Assembly (NCBI GenBank): GCA_965222375.1
Contig: CBDCTZ010000016.1
Span: forward strand, 288,001 to 352,000
Direction: 5' to 3'
DNA length: 64,000 nucleotides
Source: Polyangiaceae bacterium
GTDB lineage: Bacteria > Myxococcota_A > Polyangia > Polyangiales > Polyangiaceae
Part shown: positions 48,574 to 57,424 of the stretch, piece after piece
Layout: every line of letters begins with the position of its first letter
Position numbering within the stretch: position 1 is the first letter of the stretch
The notes under the pieces: generated by a model
What the model saw: the letters and a program-made list of their open reading frames with translations, nothing else
Databases searched by the model: none
Told to the model about the DNA's origin: nothing
Made by a program: the position numbers and the translations under genes

Positions 48574-50028
48574 TCAAGCTGCTGCGGTCTTGAACAAGGA
48601 GGGCCAGTTTGTCCCCTCCATGCGAGCTTGGCAGGACTCGGCGAGGAAAGTCAGCACGTTCTTGTTCTGCTTGCGCGCCGTGTGCGCGATGGTCATCACG
48701 CGCTCAGCGAAGACGTTGCCACGCTTGCTCTGGCTTCCGAACGAGCCCTTGCGCCAGAGCACGAAAGCGCGCAGTTCCCTTTCGGCATGGTTGTTTGTCG
48801 GCTCCACGTCATCGCGCTCGATGAAGGTCCAAAGCGCCTCCTTGTATTTCAGAATGTTGGCGCACGACCCCGACAAGTCCTTGATGTCGAGGAGGACAGC
48901 CTTCTCGAACATGGCCTCCATCTGCTGCCGCAGCGGAGCCATCCACGCCAGAAATCGCTCCCGGGTCATTTTCCCCGCCCGGTAGTCGCGCCAATAATCG
49001 AACAAGATGCCGGTGTAGCCGAGCAAGTCTCGGCCAAGCGCGCCGGCGGGACCATCGCGCTCCGAGAACGACACAAACTTACGTAGCAAATGCGCCCAAC
49101 AGATCTGCCGGCGCTCCGCCGCCCAGAAAGTAAGTGCTGTGGCGCGATCACTTACCAAGATCCCATTCAGGTCGCCGAACAACGGCCGGAGTGTGTCTTT
49201 GGCGCCATCGGCGAGGATCCGGAACACCGTCACCGCCGCGGTGGCGATGGTCCAAAGGGACATCGTCGTGCCTGCCTGAAACCAGGTTGTTCCATCGGTG
49301 TGTTTCACATCGGCCTGGACCGCATGGTCCCAGGCTTCATTGACCGCGGGCGCGAGCGCGTCGCTGACGCGCTCTTCGACCGCACTGATCGCGCCGAGTG
49401 AAACCGAGACGCCCAGCACATCGGCAAGTAGCCCTTGCGCCTTGCGCCGGCTGAGATGATACACGCCCGTAAAGAGAGCCACTAACGCCATCAGGCGAGG
49501 TCCAAATGAGGACGTTGGGATCAGAGATTCGTCGTAGCGCGCGCAAGTGACATGGGCGCAGCCTGCGCAGGCTACCGCGTGGCGACGATACTCGGTCGTG
49601 TGCGGGCGGATGGGTGGGACCTCGGTCACCTGGTGACGATGGGCGTGCGGGTCGCGGACTTCCGGCAGCGGTTTCCAGCAATTTTCGCACTCGCGTGGGA
49701 AGTGGTCGACGAACTTGTCCACCTGATCTTCCGGCACCAAGTTTCGGTGGCTGCCCGGGTGCCCCTTCTGCCCACCTCGCTTGCGCTTCTTCTGCTTGGC
49801 CCGCGATCGACGCTCCTTCCGATTGCCCGGGGGATCGCTGGACGGTGGCTTGTGCGAATTCGACGAGTTTTGATTCAGCTTCTCCAGCAAGCTAGCAACC
49901 TGCTGCTCAAGCTCCGCGATGCGGGCATCCTGCTCCGCGATGCGCGCATCCTGCTCCGCGATGCGGGCATCTTTGGCTGCAACTTCAGCCTCGAGCTGCC
50001 GGGTACGGTCGGCCTGCGGATCGCTCAC
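48574..50028 (-). CDS. IS66 transposase (TnpC-like)
   Basis: NSSNSHKPPSSD, GGQKGH, CxxC zinc finger, HTDGT, LVSDR, QICWAHLLR, PTNNHAERELR. Confidence 0.95.
   Translation of the reverse strand: MSDPQADRTRQLEAEVAAKDARIAEQDARIAEQDARIAELEQQVASLLEKLNQNSSNSHKPPSSDPPGNRKERRSRAKQKKRKRGGQKGHPGSHRNLVPEDQVDKFVDHFPRECENCWKPLPEVRDPHAHRHQVTEVPPIRPHTTEYRRHAVACAGCAHVTCARYDESLIPTSSFGPRLMALVALFTGVYHLSRRKAQGLLADVLGVSVSLGAISAVEERVSDALAPAVNEAWDHAVQADVKHTDGTTWFQAGTTMSLWTIATAAVTVFRILADGAKDTLRPLFGDLNGILVSDRATALTFWAAERRQICWAHLLRKFVSFSERDGPAGALGRDLLGYTGILFDYWRDYRAGKMTRERFLAWMAPLRQQMEAMFEKAVLLDIKDLSGSCANILKYKEALWTFIERDDVEPTNNHAERELRAFVLWRKGSFGSQSKRGNVFAERVMTIAHTARKQNKNVLTFLAESCQARMEGTNWPSLFKTAAA
49911..49971. repeat. 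3 x 21-bp coding tandem repeat (DARIAEQ heptads)
   Basis: GCTCCGCGATGCG(G/C)GCATCCT repeated in the transposase leucine zipper. Confidence 0.9.
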
Positions 50029-50150
50029 CAGCGTCCCAATCGCCCATTTTTGCGAAGATGGAAAGCCGATTGAAATAATGGAGCAATCTCGATCGCTTGC
50101 GCGAGACCGCGGTGTCCAGGCGCCCTACCCCTGAACGGTTACGCCGCAGC

Positions 50151-50650
50151 ACGTCGAGCGTCTTTTGCAGGCCATCGAAGCTCTCAACGTGCAGATCAAG
50201 GAAGCCAACGAGGAGCTCAGGGCCCTGGCGAAGAAGGACCCAGTCTGTCAGCGTCTCATGACGGTGCCCGGTATCGGTCCGGCAACCAGCATGCGCTTTG
50301 TGGCAGCACTCGACGACAGGACACGTTTTCCGAGCGCTCACTCTGTCGAAGCCTTTCTTGGGCTGACTCCGGGCGAGAAATCCAGCGGCGATCGTCAGCA
50401 ACGGCTCGGGATCACCAAGGCCGGACCGGCGATGGTGCGCACCAACTTGGTGCAGGCGGCGTGGACCTTTCGGCGTACACGGCCCAACGACCCAATGTCC
50501 AAGTGGGCAGAGCAAATCGAGCAACGCCGTGGCAAATTCATCGCTACCGTGGCGTTGGCCCGCAAACTAGCTGGCGTGCTCTTCGCGTTGTGGCGCGACG
50601 GCTCTGTATACGAGCTCAACCATCGAAAGGCAGCGCAAACCGTGGCGTAG
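50151..50650 (+). pseudogene. IS110 recombinase C-terminal part
   Basis: LMTVPGIGP, FLGLTP…SSG (catalytic Ser), ALARKLA. Confidence 0.93.
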
Positions 50651-50700
50651 AAAACCTCCAGACTCCGGCAGCCCACAAGGTTGACCTGAGAAAGCCAATC

Positions 50701-50906
50701 AACGGCTGTCCAGAGGCGGTGAGCGCGTTACTCTCGCTCCAGGCGTCCAGCGAAAGCTGGCCACGACCTTGTCACGGCGATTGCGCCCCGCCAACGGACC
50801 TCCACCTATGCGCCATTGCGAGCGCGAATAGTCGATTCAGACAGCCCGTTCTTGGTTTCCTCGTCTTCCGACAAGCCACGACCGCGAATAGTCGATTCAG
50901 ACAGCC
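50701..50906 (+). ncRNA. putative IS1111 bridge/seek RNA
   Basis: outer stem AACGGCTGTC/GACAGCCCGTT; GNRA hairpin CCAGC-GAAA-GCTGG; TACTCTCG complementary to target flank; ATAGTCGAT equals predicted circle junction; boundaries inferred. Confidence 0.7.
50823..50906 (+). repeat. perfect 24-bp direct repeat with 36-bp spacer
   Basis: CGCGAATAGTCGATTCAGACAGCC at 50823-50846 and 50883-50906. Confidence 0.95.
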
Positions 50907-51008
50907 TGAGCTGGACTTTCTCCCCAACCAACGCGCTGCCGACGAAGAACTCCCCTCTACCTCAGGGCGACGGACCACTTTGTTCTGGACGGACAGGCCA
51001 CCCCATAG

Positions 51009-51046
51009 TCGAGAGTAGTGGCCCGGATCCGTCAAGGGACCCGACC
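51009..51046 (+). repeat. dispersed 38-bp bipartite intergenic motif, copy 4 (IS1111 insertion site)
   Basis: TCGAGAGTAGTGGCCCG-GATCCG-TCAAGGGACCCGACC directly abutting the IS right end. Confidence 0.85.
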
Positions 51047-51081
51047 CCCAAAACCAATTCACCCACGCTGGCTCTACGGCG

Positions 51082-51813
51082 TCAGCACAGGAAGCAGTAG
51101 GGATAGTCCCAGAGCCCGCCGCAGTCGTTGACGCATTCGCTGTGGGTGAGCAGTTGGCCGCGGCAGAAGTGATAGGGCCCGCAGGTGCCTGGGCCCACGC
51201 TGCCCGTGCCGCTGCCGCTTTGGGGACTCGACATGCCTTCGGGCGCGTCTCCGCAGGGGCTGTAGACGCAGTCCGTGGGCGAGAGCTTTCGGCACACTCG
51301 CTCGAAGTTGTCTGCGGAGTTTTCCGCAAAGTTCTTGCTGCTTGCAGACATCGAACCCCAGTTGCGGTGGTCGTCCGCCAGGATGTGGTGCAACTCGTGG
51401 GCGAGGTTTTGGTCGATCTCAGTGCCCGATGCGGTGCTGCGCATCGCGATGATGCTCTGGCCGCCCGCGCCCACGCAGGCGAAGGAGTAGCGATCCGGTG
51501 CGCGCCCCGGCGGGAAGAAGTACACGTCGTTCTGGGCGACGAAGTCTTTGACCTCTTTGCACAGAGCCGTGGAGCGGAAGCGGATCCCGTTCTGAGTCGT
51601 GCTGTCCGGCTTGTAGATCCAGGACGGGCAATTGGCCTGCGCACCCCGAGTCCCGCGGCCTCCACCCACGATGTTCTCGTCGTAGACGCCGCGGGTCAGG
51701 CCGCTGGCCGTGGTGGCGACCGCTTCGCCGGGCTCTTCGTCGGTGTGGGCGGCGCAGCTCGAGGCGGTGATGGTGACCAGGCTTAGCAGGAACGCTGTTC
51801 GAAAAGTCTTCAT
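51082..51813 (-). CDS. lipoprotein with HExxH motif and Cys-rich tail
   Basis: TASSC lipobox; LAHELHH; many C-terminal Cys. Confidence 0.7.
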   Translation of the reverse strand: MKTFRTAFLLSLVTITASSCAAHTDEEPGEAVATTASGLTRGVYDENIVGGGRGTRGAQANCPSWIYKPDSTTQNGIRFRSTALCKEVKDFVAQNDVYFFPPGRAPDRYSFACVGAGGQSIIAMRSTASGTEIDQNLAHELHHILADDHRNWGSMSASSKNFAENSADNFERVCRKLSPTDCVYSPCGDAPEGMSSPQSGSGTGSVGPGTCGPYHFCRGQLLTHSECVNDCGGLWDYPYCFLC

Positions 51814-51825
51814 GCCGCGTGCTAC

Positions 51826-51842
51826 AGCAATTCATGGGCCAA
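51826..51842 (-). promoter_or_regulatory. putative sigma54 -24/-12 promoter
   Basis: TTGGCCCATGAATTGCT (GG-N10-GC), 12 nt before ATG 51813. Confidence 0.55.
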
Positions 51843-52127
51843 GTTCAGTTCGTGGCGATCAAAAGCAGCGTCGTTGTTGGCCGTCGTGACGAGTCGTCCC
51901 CACGCGCACAATTAGGTCCGCGGGGGCCAGCGTCTGGATATCTTGGCTAATGGCGCTTCGACGAGGTGGTGCAAGACACGCCAGCAGCGGTGCACACAGC
52001 GTCGGCCTCGTCGCCGGTCACCATTGAATCGCATCTGACGCCCAAGTTGTTCGTGTAGCTGATTCGATTCGACGCGACGCTTCCGCGATGCCAAACGGGA
52101 GCTGAAGCCGCATTTCTTCGCTTTCCC

Positions 52128-53768
52128 TCACTTCAACGTTGGGACCGTGCCGTTCACGTATTCCTCGATGTTCGTGTAGCCGTCGCCGTCATCGTCGCTC
52201 GAGGCATCCGTCGCGTTGGCTGGGTCGAGGCCGTAGCGGGTTTCGAACTCGTCGGGCATGCCGTCGCCGTCTTGGTCGGCGCAGGGCGACCCCTTTGCCA
52301 ACGAGGGCACGCCTCCGAAGTCACTGGGGTCGTCGTGGTCCGTGTCCGCGCCACTGCCAGTTCCCTTCGTGGTGCGCTCGATGATCAGGGCATCCAGGAC
52401 ATCTCGGTTTGCGACCCAGTCGCCCGCGCAGGACACCCGCGCCGATGCGCCCGCTTCGGCGAGCACCGTTTGGTAGGCGTCGCTAGCGCTCTGCACGTTG
52501 ACCGCAACCGTCGGTGAAGCGGACGGACTGTTGCGAAACACCGACGCCGGCAGCTGCCCGTAGTCGGGTGCGCCATCGGTCTTGGTGCCGTCGTATCGGA
52601 ACAGCGAGTGCTGATCGCCAGTGCCCTTCGGCATGAGATGCGTGTGCACGTTGCCCGACGCGAACAGCACGTTGCTGCGCAGGGAGGCGCCTTGTAGATG
52701 GTGCAGGACGGGCTTGTCCTTTCGACTCCAGGGCCCGGTCTTCCAGTAGTTACCCACGAAGTCCACGCTTGGCATCTGCTCGGTGGTTTCGGCAGGTTGG
52801 CCTTTGTAGTTGTAGGTGACGTTGTTGATCACCTGCACCCGCTCGGAGGCGCCGCCAACCAGCGGATTGCGATGACTCTGCTCGGCCCACAGATTGTGGT
52901 GCACGCTCAGCTCGCTGAGATCGTAGTTCTCGGTGCCGCCGAGGAGCGAGCCGGTGCTGTGAGGAACGAGCCCCGCGGCGATGATGCTGTGCTGCAGCGT
53001 GACCTGTTTGATGTTGCTGGCGTTGCTGGCTTCCACGGTGCGGATCGTGAACACCTCGTCGTTGCCGAATTGCGCCGAGGTGTGGTCGAAGATGATCCGC
53101 TCACCGCCGTAGATGTTGACGACGTCGGAAGTGCCGCCCACGCCCTTGGACGAGCGAAAACGCAGGTAGCGCACGGCGACGTCTTTCGGGCCCGTGCGGT
53201 CGACGAGGAAGGCTGCACCTCCGGCATGCAGCTGCACGCCGCCTCCCGGCGCCGTCTGGCCGGCGATGTAGAGGCAGCCCTGGTTTGCCTTCACCTTGAC
53301 CGAACTCTTGATGGTGCCCGCGACAGCGAAGGTGACGATGGTGAGTCGCGCGGGATCAGCCTTCGCGATGGCGTCAGCGAGAGTTCCCGATCCAGACGAC
53401 GACAGACTGGTGACCTTGAGCACCTGCACATTGCTGCGATCGCACTTCGTCAGCGCCAGCGCGCCGTAGCCCTCTGCTTCCGGGAACGCGCGAAACGCGT
53501 TCAGCCCAGTTCCGCCCGCGGCGCCCGCGCTGCCACCTCCGCTTCCCGCGCTTCCCGCGGCTCCGCTGGTTCCGCCCGAACCCCCCGCTCCGCCCGTGGC
53601 GCTGCCCCCCGCGCCCGCGGCTCCCGCGAAGCCCGCTTGCCCGCCTCCCGCTCCCGAGCCCGCCGCCGCAATGTTGCCACCCGACCCCGCTAGCCCTCCC
53701 GAGTCGTCGCCGCACGCGACGGCGCCGAGTGCGAGTACCATGAGGACCGAGTGTCGATACGTGTTCAT
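52128..53768 (-). CDS. pectate lyase (PL1-like) lipoprotein with C-terminal Ca-binding DxDGDG repeats
   Basis: AFPEAEGYG, IAGQTAPG, FDHTS…DE, HHNL…HRNP, DQDGDGMPD, YTNIEEYVN. Confidence 0.88.
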   Translation of the reverse strand: MNTYRHSVLMVLALGAVACGDDSGGLAGSGGNIAAAGSGAGGGQAGFAGAAGAGGSATGGAGGSGGTSGAAGSAGSGGGSAGAAGGTGLNAFRAFPEAEGYGALALTKCDRSNVQVLKVTSLSSSGSGTLADAIAKADPARLTIVTFAVAGTIKSSVKVKANQGCLYIAGQTAPGGGVQLHAGGAAFLVDRTGPKDVAVRYLRFRSSKGVGGTSDVVNIYGGERIIFDHTSAQFGNDEVFTIRTVEASNASNIKQVTLQHSIIAAGLVPHSTGSLLGGTENYDLSELSVHHNLWAEQSHRNPLVGGASERVQVINNVTYNYKGQPAETTEQMPSVDFVGNYWKTGPWSRKDKPVLHHLQGASLRSNVLFASGNVHTHLMPKGTGDQHSLFRYDGTKTDGAPDYGQLPASVFRNSPSASPTVAVNVQSASDAYQTVLAEAGASARVSCAGDWVANRDVLDALIIERTTKGTGSGADTDHDDPSDFGGVPSLAKGSPCADQDGDGMPDEFETRYGLDPANATDASSDDDGDGYTNIEEYVNGTVPTLK

Positions 53769-53885
53769 TGCGTGCTCCGTTTTCTTCGTTGCGAGTTCAT
53801 GTCACCGGCCTTGTGCTTCGCCGGGTTGGTGTGGTGACGAGTTGATGCCGTGTGGCGGCGTTGGACCCAACGAGTTCACTCTCAC

Positions 53886-53901
53886 TGCAAGGCACATGCC
53901 C
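53886..53901 (-). promoter_or_regulatory. putative sigma54 -24/-12 promoter for the pectate lyase gene
   Basis: GGGCATGTGCCTTGCA (GG-N10-GC) on minus strand. Confidence 0.45.
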
Positions 53902-54076
53902 CCGTCGTTTCCCCGCTGGTCGGCGTCCTTTCCGAAGCGGCCTGGTGCGGATAGTGCCCCCAGGGCCAATTAGGACCTGAGCGCACGGCTGCGTTCCGTA
54001 CGGGACGACTCGGCATTTGGGGAACGGCGTAAGGCAGCGAAAGCGTCGAGTTCGCCGGGTCTGCTAGGCTCGCTCA

Positions 54077-55045
54077 GTGCGCTCGCTCGCTGCAGCTTTC
54101 GTAGTGTGCCTTCTGTTCGCCGGGTGCCTGACCCAGCGGGACCGGGACCAATACGTCAGCGGAAACACCGGTGGCGCCGGCGTCGCTGGCGCGGCCGGAA
54201 GCGCGACGGGTGGTGATGCCGGCAGCGTGGCGGGCGCGGGCGGCACGGGCGCGGGCGGCACGGGCGCGACGGGAGGAACCCCGGCGGACAGCGGCACAGG
54301 TGGCACGGGCGGGACGGGCGGACAGGCCGGCGCGAGTGGTAGCGGCGGTTGGACCTATCGGGATCAGGTGCTCGTCGTCGACCAAGCGGTCTTCTATCTA
54401 CCCTTCGACGATGCGCCGGGAGGCAAACTCACTGTCTTTGGCAGCCAGGCATCGAGTGTCGGTCCCATCGATCTCGGCGGCGTGGTGTTGGAGACCGATA
54501 GCGCCATCGCCGATGGATCCCCGATCACTTCCGGACGCTTCGACGGCACGGATCAGCTCAGCGCGGGCACCAACTTCAACTACCAAGCGCAGCTGAATTT
54601 CAGCCTCGAAGCCTGGATCAAGCTCGACGACTACTCGCCGCCCCTGCAGCGCATTTTCCTGAAGAAGAACACCGACAACAACGGCTACGAGCTGCGCGCC
54701 TGGCAAAATGGCGGCGGCATCGACATTCACTTCTTCCGCCAGTGGGCTTGCGACGGCGGGCCGTGTCCCGACAACGTGAAGCTCGACGCGAGCCAATTCC
54801 CCGCCAAGAAGTGGCACCATGTCGTGGCCACCCATGGCAGTAGCGGCGTGTGCCTCTACGTGCGCGCCGTCGATGCGGCCGCGCCCGTCTTCGACTGCAA
54901 CAAAGCCAACGGCAGCTTGCCATCGGTGACGGAGCCCATGCTGTTCGGTTCGAAACTCACCGGGCTCCTCGACGAACTCGCCATCTACGACAAAGAGCTG
55001 TCGCAGGCGCAAATCACCGCGCACTTCAACGCGAAAACGAAGTAG
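54077..55045 (+). CDS. LamG/ConA-domain lipoprotein
   Basis: FAGC lipobox; FSLEAWIK, WHHVVAT, GLLDELAIY. Confidence 0.88.
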   Translation: MRSLAAAFVVCLLFAGCLTQRDRDQYVSGNTGGAGVAGAAGSATGGDAGSVAGAGGTGAGGTGATGGTPADSGTGGTGGTGGQAGASGSGGWTYRDQVLVVDQAVFYLPFDDAPGGKLTVFGSQASSVGPIDLGGVVLETDSAIADGSPITSGRFDGTDQLSAGTNFNYQAQLNFSLEAWIKLDDYSPPLQRIFLKKNTDNNGYELRAWQNGGGIDIHFFRQWACDGGPCPDNVKLDASQFPAKKWHHVVATHGSSGVCLYVRAVDAAAPVFDCNKANGSLPSVTEPMLFGSKLTGLLDELAIYDKELSQAQITAHFNAKTK

Positions 55046-55054
55046 CTCCGCCCC

Positions 55055-55888
55055 TCAGAAACGCAGTCGCAATCGCGCGCTGGTCGGCCCAATACCCACC
55101 GCGACCTCTTCCGAGGGGCTCTGCAGAAAGTAGACGCCTACGGCGCTAGCGACGCCCGCAAGTCCAATGCCGAGCGCGATGTCGCCAATCAGGTACTTGG
55201 TGCCGAGGCTATCCACGTCCGCTTGGTCGCAGCGCGGCTTGCACTCATCCAGATCTTTTTCGTCCTGCGCCACGACGAGCGCCATTGCGCCAAAGCCGAT
55301 GAAGCCAGCGATCCCCACGCCGCCCAGCACGTAGGAAGCCGTCGGGATGCTGCGCCCGGGCGCCGCGTCCGCAGCCGGGTCCTTTCCGCCACCACCCGCG
55401 CTCGCTGCCACGGGCGTCTCCGTGAACGACACGCTGACCATGCGCGAGCGCTCTCCCTCCCGGACTTCGATCTGGCGCGTGATCTTCGGCTGGTCCTCGA
55501 TCTCCGCCACCACCATGTGCGCGCCGGGATCCAGCGAGATCTCCTTGCCGGGATCTTGCGCTTTGCCGTCCACGCTCACTCGCGCATCCGATAGCTCGCG
55601 ACCCGCCCGACGCACCGTGACGATGATGGTGGGCACGGACTTCTCCAGCTCGGCTTGCCACTGCCGGCACTCCTTGCGTACCGGCGCTGGACAAACCGGC
55701 ACCGCGCAGCTGCGGCTCAGCGAAAGCGCCTCGACCAATTTCTTCTCGACGGACTTCTGCTGCGCCTGCTCATGCGCCAGCACGCACTCCTCGATCTTGT
55801 CAGCATGCGCCGCAGCGGGCGTCAGCGATACCACTACCGCCGCGACCCGTCCCAGCCGCACAGCCCGACTCACTTGCGCAGACACCAC
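55055..55888 (-). CDS. PEGA-domain protein
   Basis: signal peptide, C…CP…EC..W, LDPGAH, C-terminal TM hairpin. Confidence 0.8.
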   Translation of the reverse strand: MVSAQVSRAVRLGRVAAVVVSLTPAAAHADKIEECVLAHEQAQQKSVEKKLVEALSLSRSCAVPVCPAPVRKECRQWQAELEKSVPTIIVTVRRAGRELSDARVSVDGKAQDPGKEISLDPGAHMVVAEIEDQPKITRQIEVREGERSRMVSVSFTETPVAASAGGGGKDPAADAAPGRSIPTASYVLGGVGIAGFIGFGAMALVVAQDEKDLDECKPRCDQADVDSLGTKYLIGDIALGIGLAGVASAVGVYFLQSPSEEVAVGIGPTSARLRLRF

Positions 55889-57318
55889 ACCTTATACTTC
55901 TTGACCCCCGTCTTCTTGTCGATCGAATACGGAGGATTGCACGGGTCCGGTTTGACCGTGGGCCTCCGGATTGGTTTTTTGGGACTGTCCGGCTTTGTAG
56001 CTCCCTGTAATGGCGCTGGCTCCGGAGCCGCAGTGGCCTGAGGTGTCGGCACGCTTCGAAAACCAGGATTGCGCGCAAGCGGAGTTCGCTGATGCCCGAG
56101 GCTTGGCTCAGCAGCCACACGCAGCCCAAGTACGACGAGCGTGGCCGTGACGGCGAGCAATGCTGCGGCGACGAGTGCCCAACGAAGCGGCGCAGAGCCG
56201 CGACGTTTGGGCGTCTCGCTGGAAACCGATAGCTGCGTGGGCTGCTCTGCCGCCATCGCCACGGGCGTGGGCGCATCGGGCTCTTCGGCGGGCAGGCGCA
56301 CCAGTTCGTTCAAGCGCGCAAGCTCTTGGCCTGCCACCGCGTCGGTCCACACCGCGAGTTGTTCCTGCGAAATTGGCGCGCACGCTGCACACAGCGCGCG
56401 CTCGAGCTCCGCTGCAGTCGCGTATCGCTGCTGCGGGTTGCGATCGAGACCCCGCATGATTGTCGCGTCCAGCTCGGGCGAGATCCCCGGTGCGAAGGCG
56501 CTCGGCGGATCGACGACTTTCGAGATCACCTCCGCGAACACTCCGGGGCCGCCACCACTGCGACTGAATAGCCGGCGTCCAGCGAGCAACTCCCAGAGCA
56601 CCACGGCGGAAGCGTAGACATCCACTTGTCGCGTGGCGGCTCCGCCCTGCAACACTTCCGGCGCCATGTAGCCCAGCTTGCCTTTGAGCTCCCCCGTGTT
56701 CGTGTTTTGACTGCGGTCCACGGCCTTGGCGATCCCGAAGTCGAGCACGCGAGCGACACCGTCGACGCCTAGCAAGATGTTCTGAGGCGATATGTCACGG
56801 TGAATCACCCCCAAGGCCGCGCCGGAATCGTCTTTCAGTTCGTGGGCCACATGCAAGCCGCGCAGCGCGCCGGTCATGATGGTGATGGCGTGGGCCGCGG
56901 GCAGCGGCGCCTTCAAGGAGCGCCTCAACTTGCTCAGGCTGACGCCATGAATGTACTCCATTACGATTGCAAGCTGTCCCGGCTCCGGCGTCAGCACATC
57001 GAGGGTCGAGACCACGTTTGGGTGTTGGATGTTCGCCGCCAGGCGCGCTTCGTCCGCGAGCATCGCCAGAAACTCTGGCTCGTGCGCGAAGTGGGGATGG
57101 AGCATTTTGAGGGCGACCCGCTTCGAAAACCCCCCTGGCCCCGTCAGCCGCGCCAGATAGACCGTCGCCATCCCGCCGCGCGCGATCTCGCCGACTACGC
57201 GGTAGCGACCCACGAGGGTGGGCAGCGTGCGGCTGCCCACATCGCCGGTACCGGCGCTCCCTGACGGCGATCCAGAAAGCGAAGACGAAGAAGACACGAG
57301 GCCCAAATCATAGCGCAC
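55870..57318 (-). CDS. membrane serine/threonine kinase
   Basis: IARGGMATVY, HRDISPQN, DFGIAK, GKLGYMAPE; C-terminal CNPPY…C. Confidence 0.95.
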   Translation of the reverse strand: MRYDLGLVSSSSSLSGSPSGSAGTGDVGSRTLPTLVGRYRVVGEIARGGMATVYLARLTGPGGFSKRVALKMLHPHFAHEPEFLAMLADEARLAANIQHPNVVSTLDVLTPEPGQLAIVMEYIHGVSLSKLRRSLKAPLPAAHAITIMTGALRGLHVAHELKDDSGAALGVIHRDISPQNILLGVDGVARVLDFGIAKAVDRSQNTNTGELKGKLGYMAPEVLQGGAATRQVDVYASAVVLWELLAGRRLFSRSGGGPGVFAEVISKVVDPPSAFAPGISPELDATIMRGLDRNPQQRYATAAELERALCAACAPISQEQLAVWTDAVAGQELARLNELVRLPAEEPDAPTPVAMAAEQPTQLSVSSETPKRRGSAPLRWALVAAALLAVTATLVVLGLRVAAEPSLGHQRTPLARNPGFRSVPTPQATAAPEPAPLQGATKPDSPKKPIRRPTVKPDPCNPPYSIDKKTGVKKYKVWCLRK

Positions 57319-57424
57319 CGCGTGCGAACCGGGCGACTTGGCGGCGTCTTTGGCGGCGCGGCGAAGCGTTCGCGCGTGGGCGCCACGCTGGCTGACGGAG
57401 CAGCCGCGTGCTGGCGCCGAATTG

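Larger units (their letters stand above)
48103..50142 (-). mobile_element. complete IS66-family element (2040 bp, single-transposase ISBst12-like type)
   Basis: TIR GTAACCGTTCAGGGGT at both ends; 8-bp TSD GCCGCAGC at 48095-48102 and 50143-50150. Confidence 0.95.
47345..51011 (+). mobile_element. IS110-family element, IS1111 type (about 1.62 kb without the nested IS66)
   Basis: subterminal inverted repeats ATGGGGTGGC (47352-47361) and GCCACCCCAT (50997-51006); long 3' non-coding region; DEDD transposase; no TSD seen. Confidence 0.85.

Noticed and set aside
50823..50906. mini-CRISPR (24-bp repeat, 36-bp spacer)
   Set aside because: Only two repeats, inside an IS1111 non-coding region, matching the IS junction; no cas genes.
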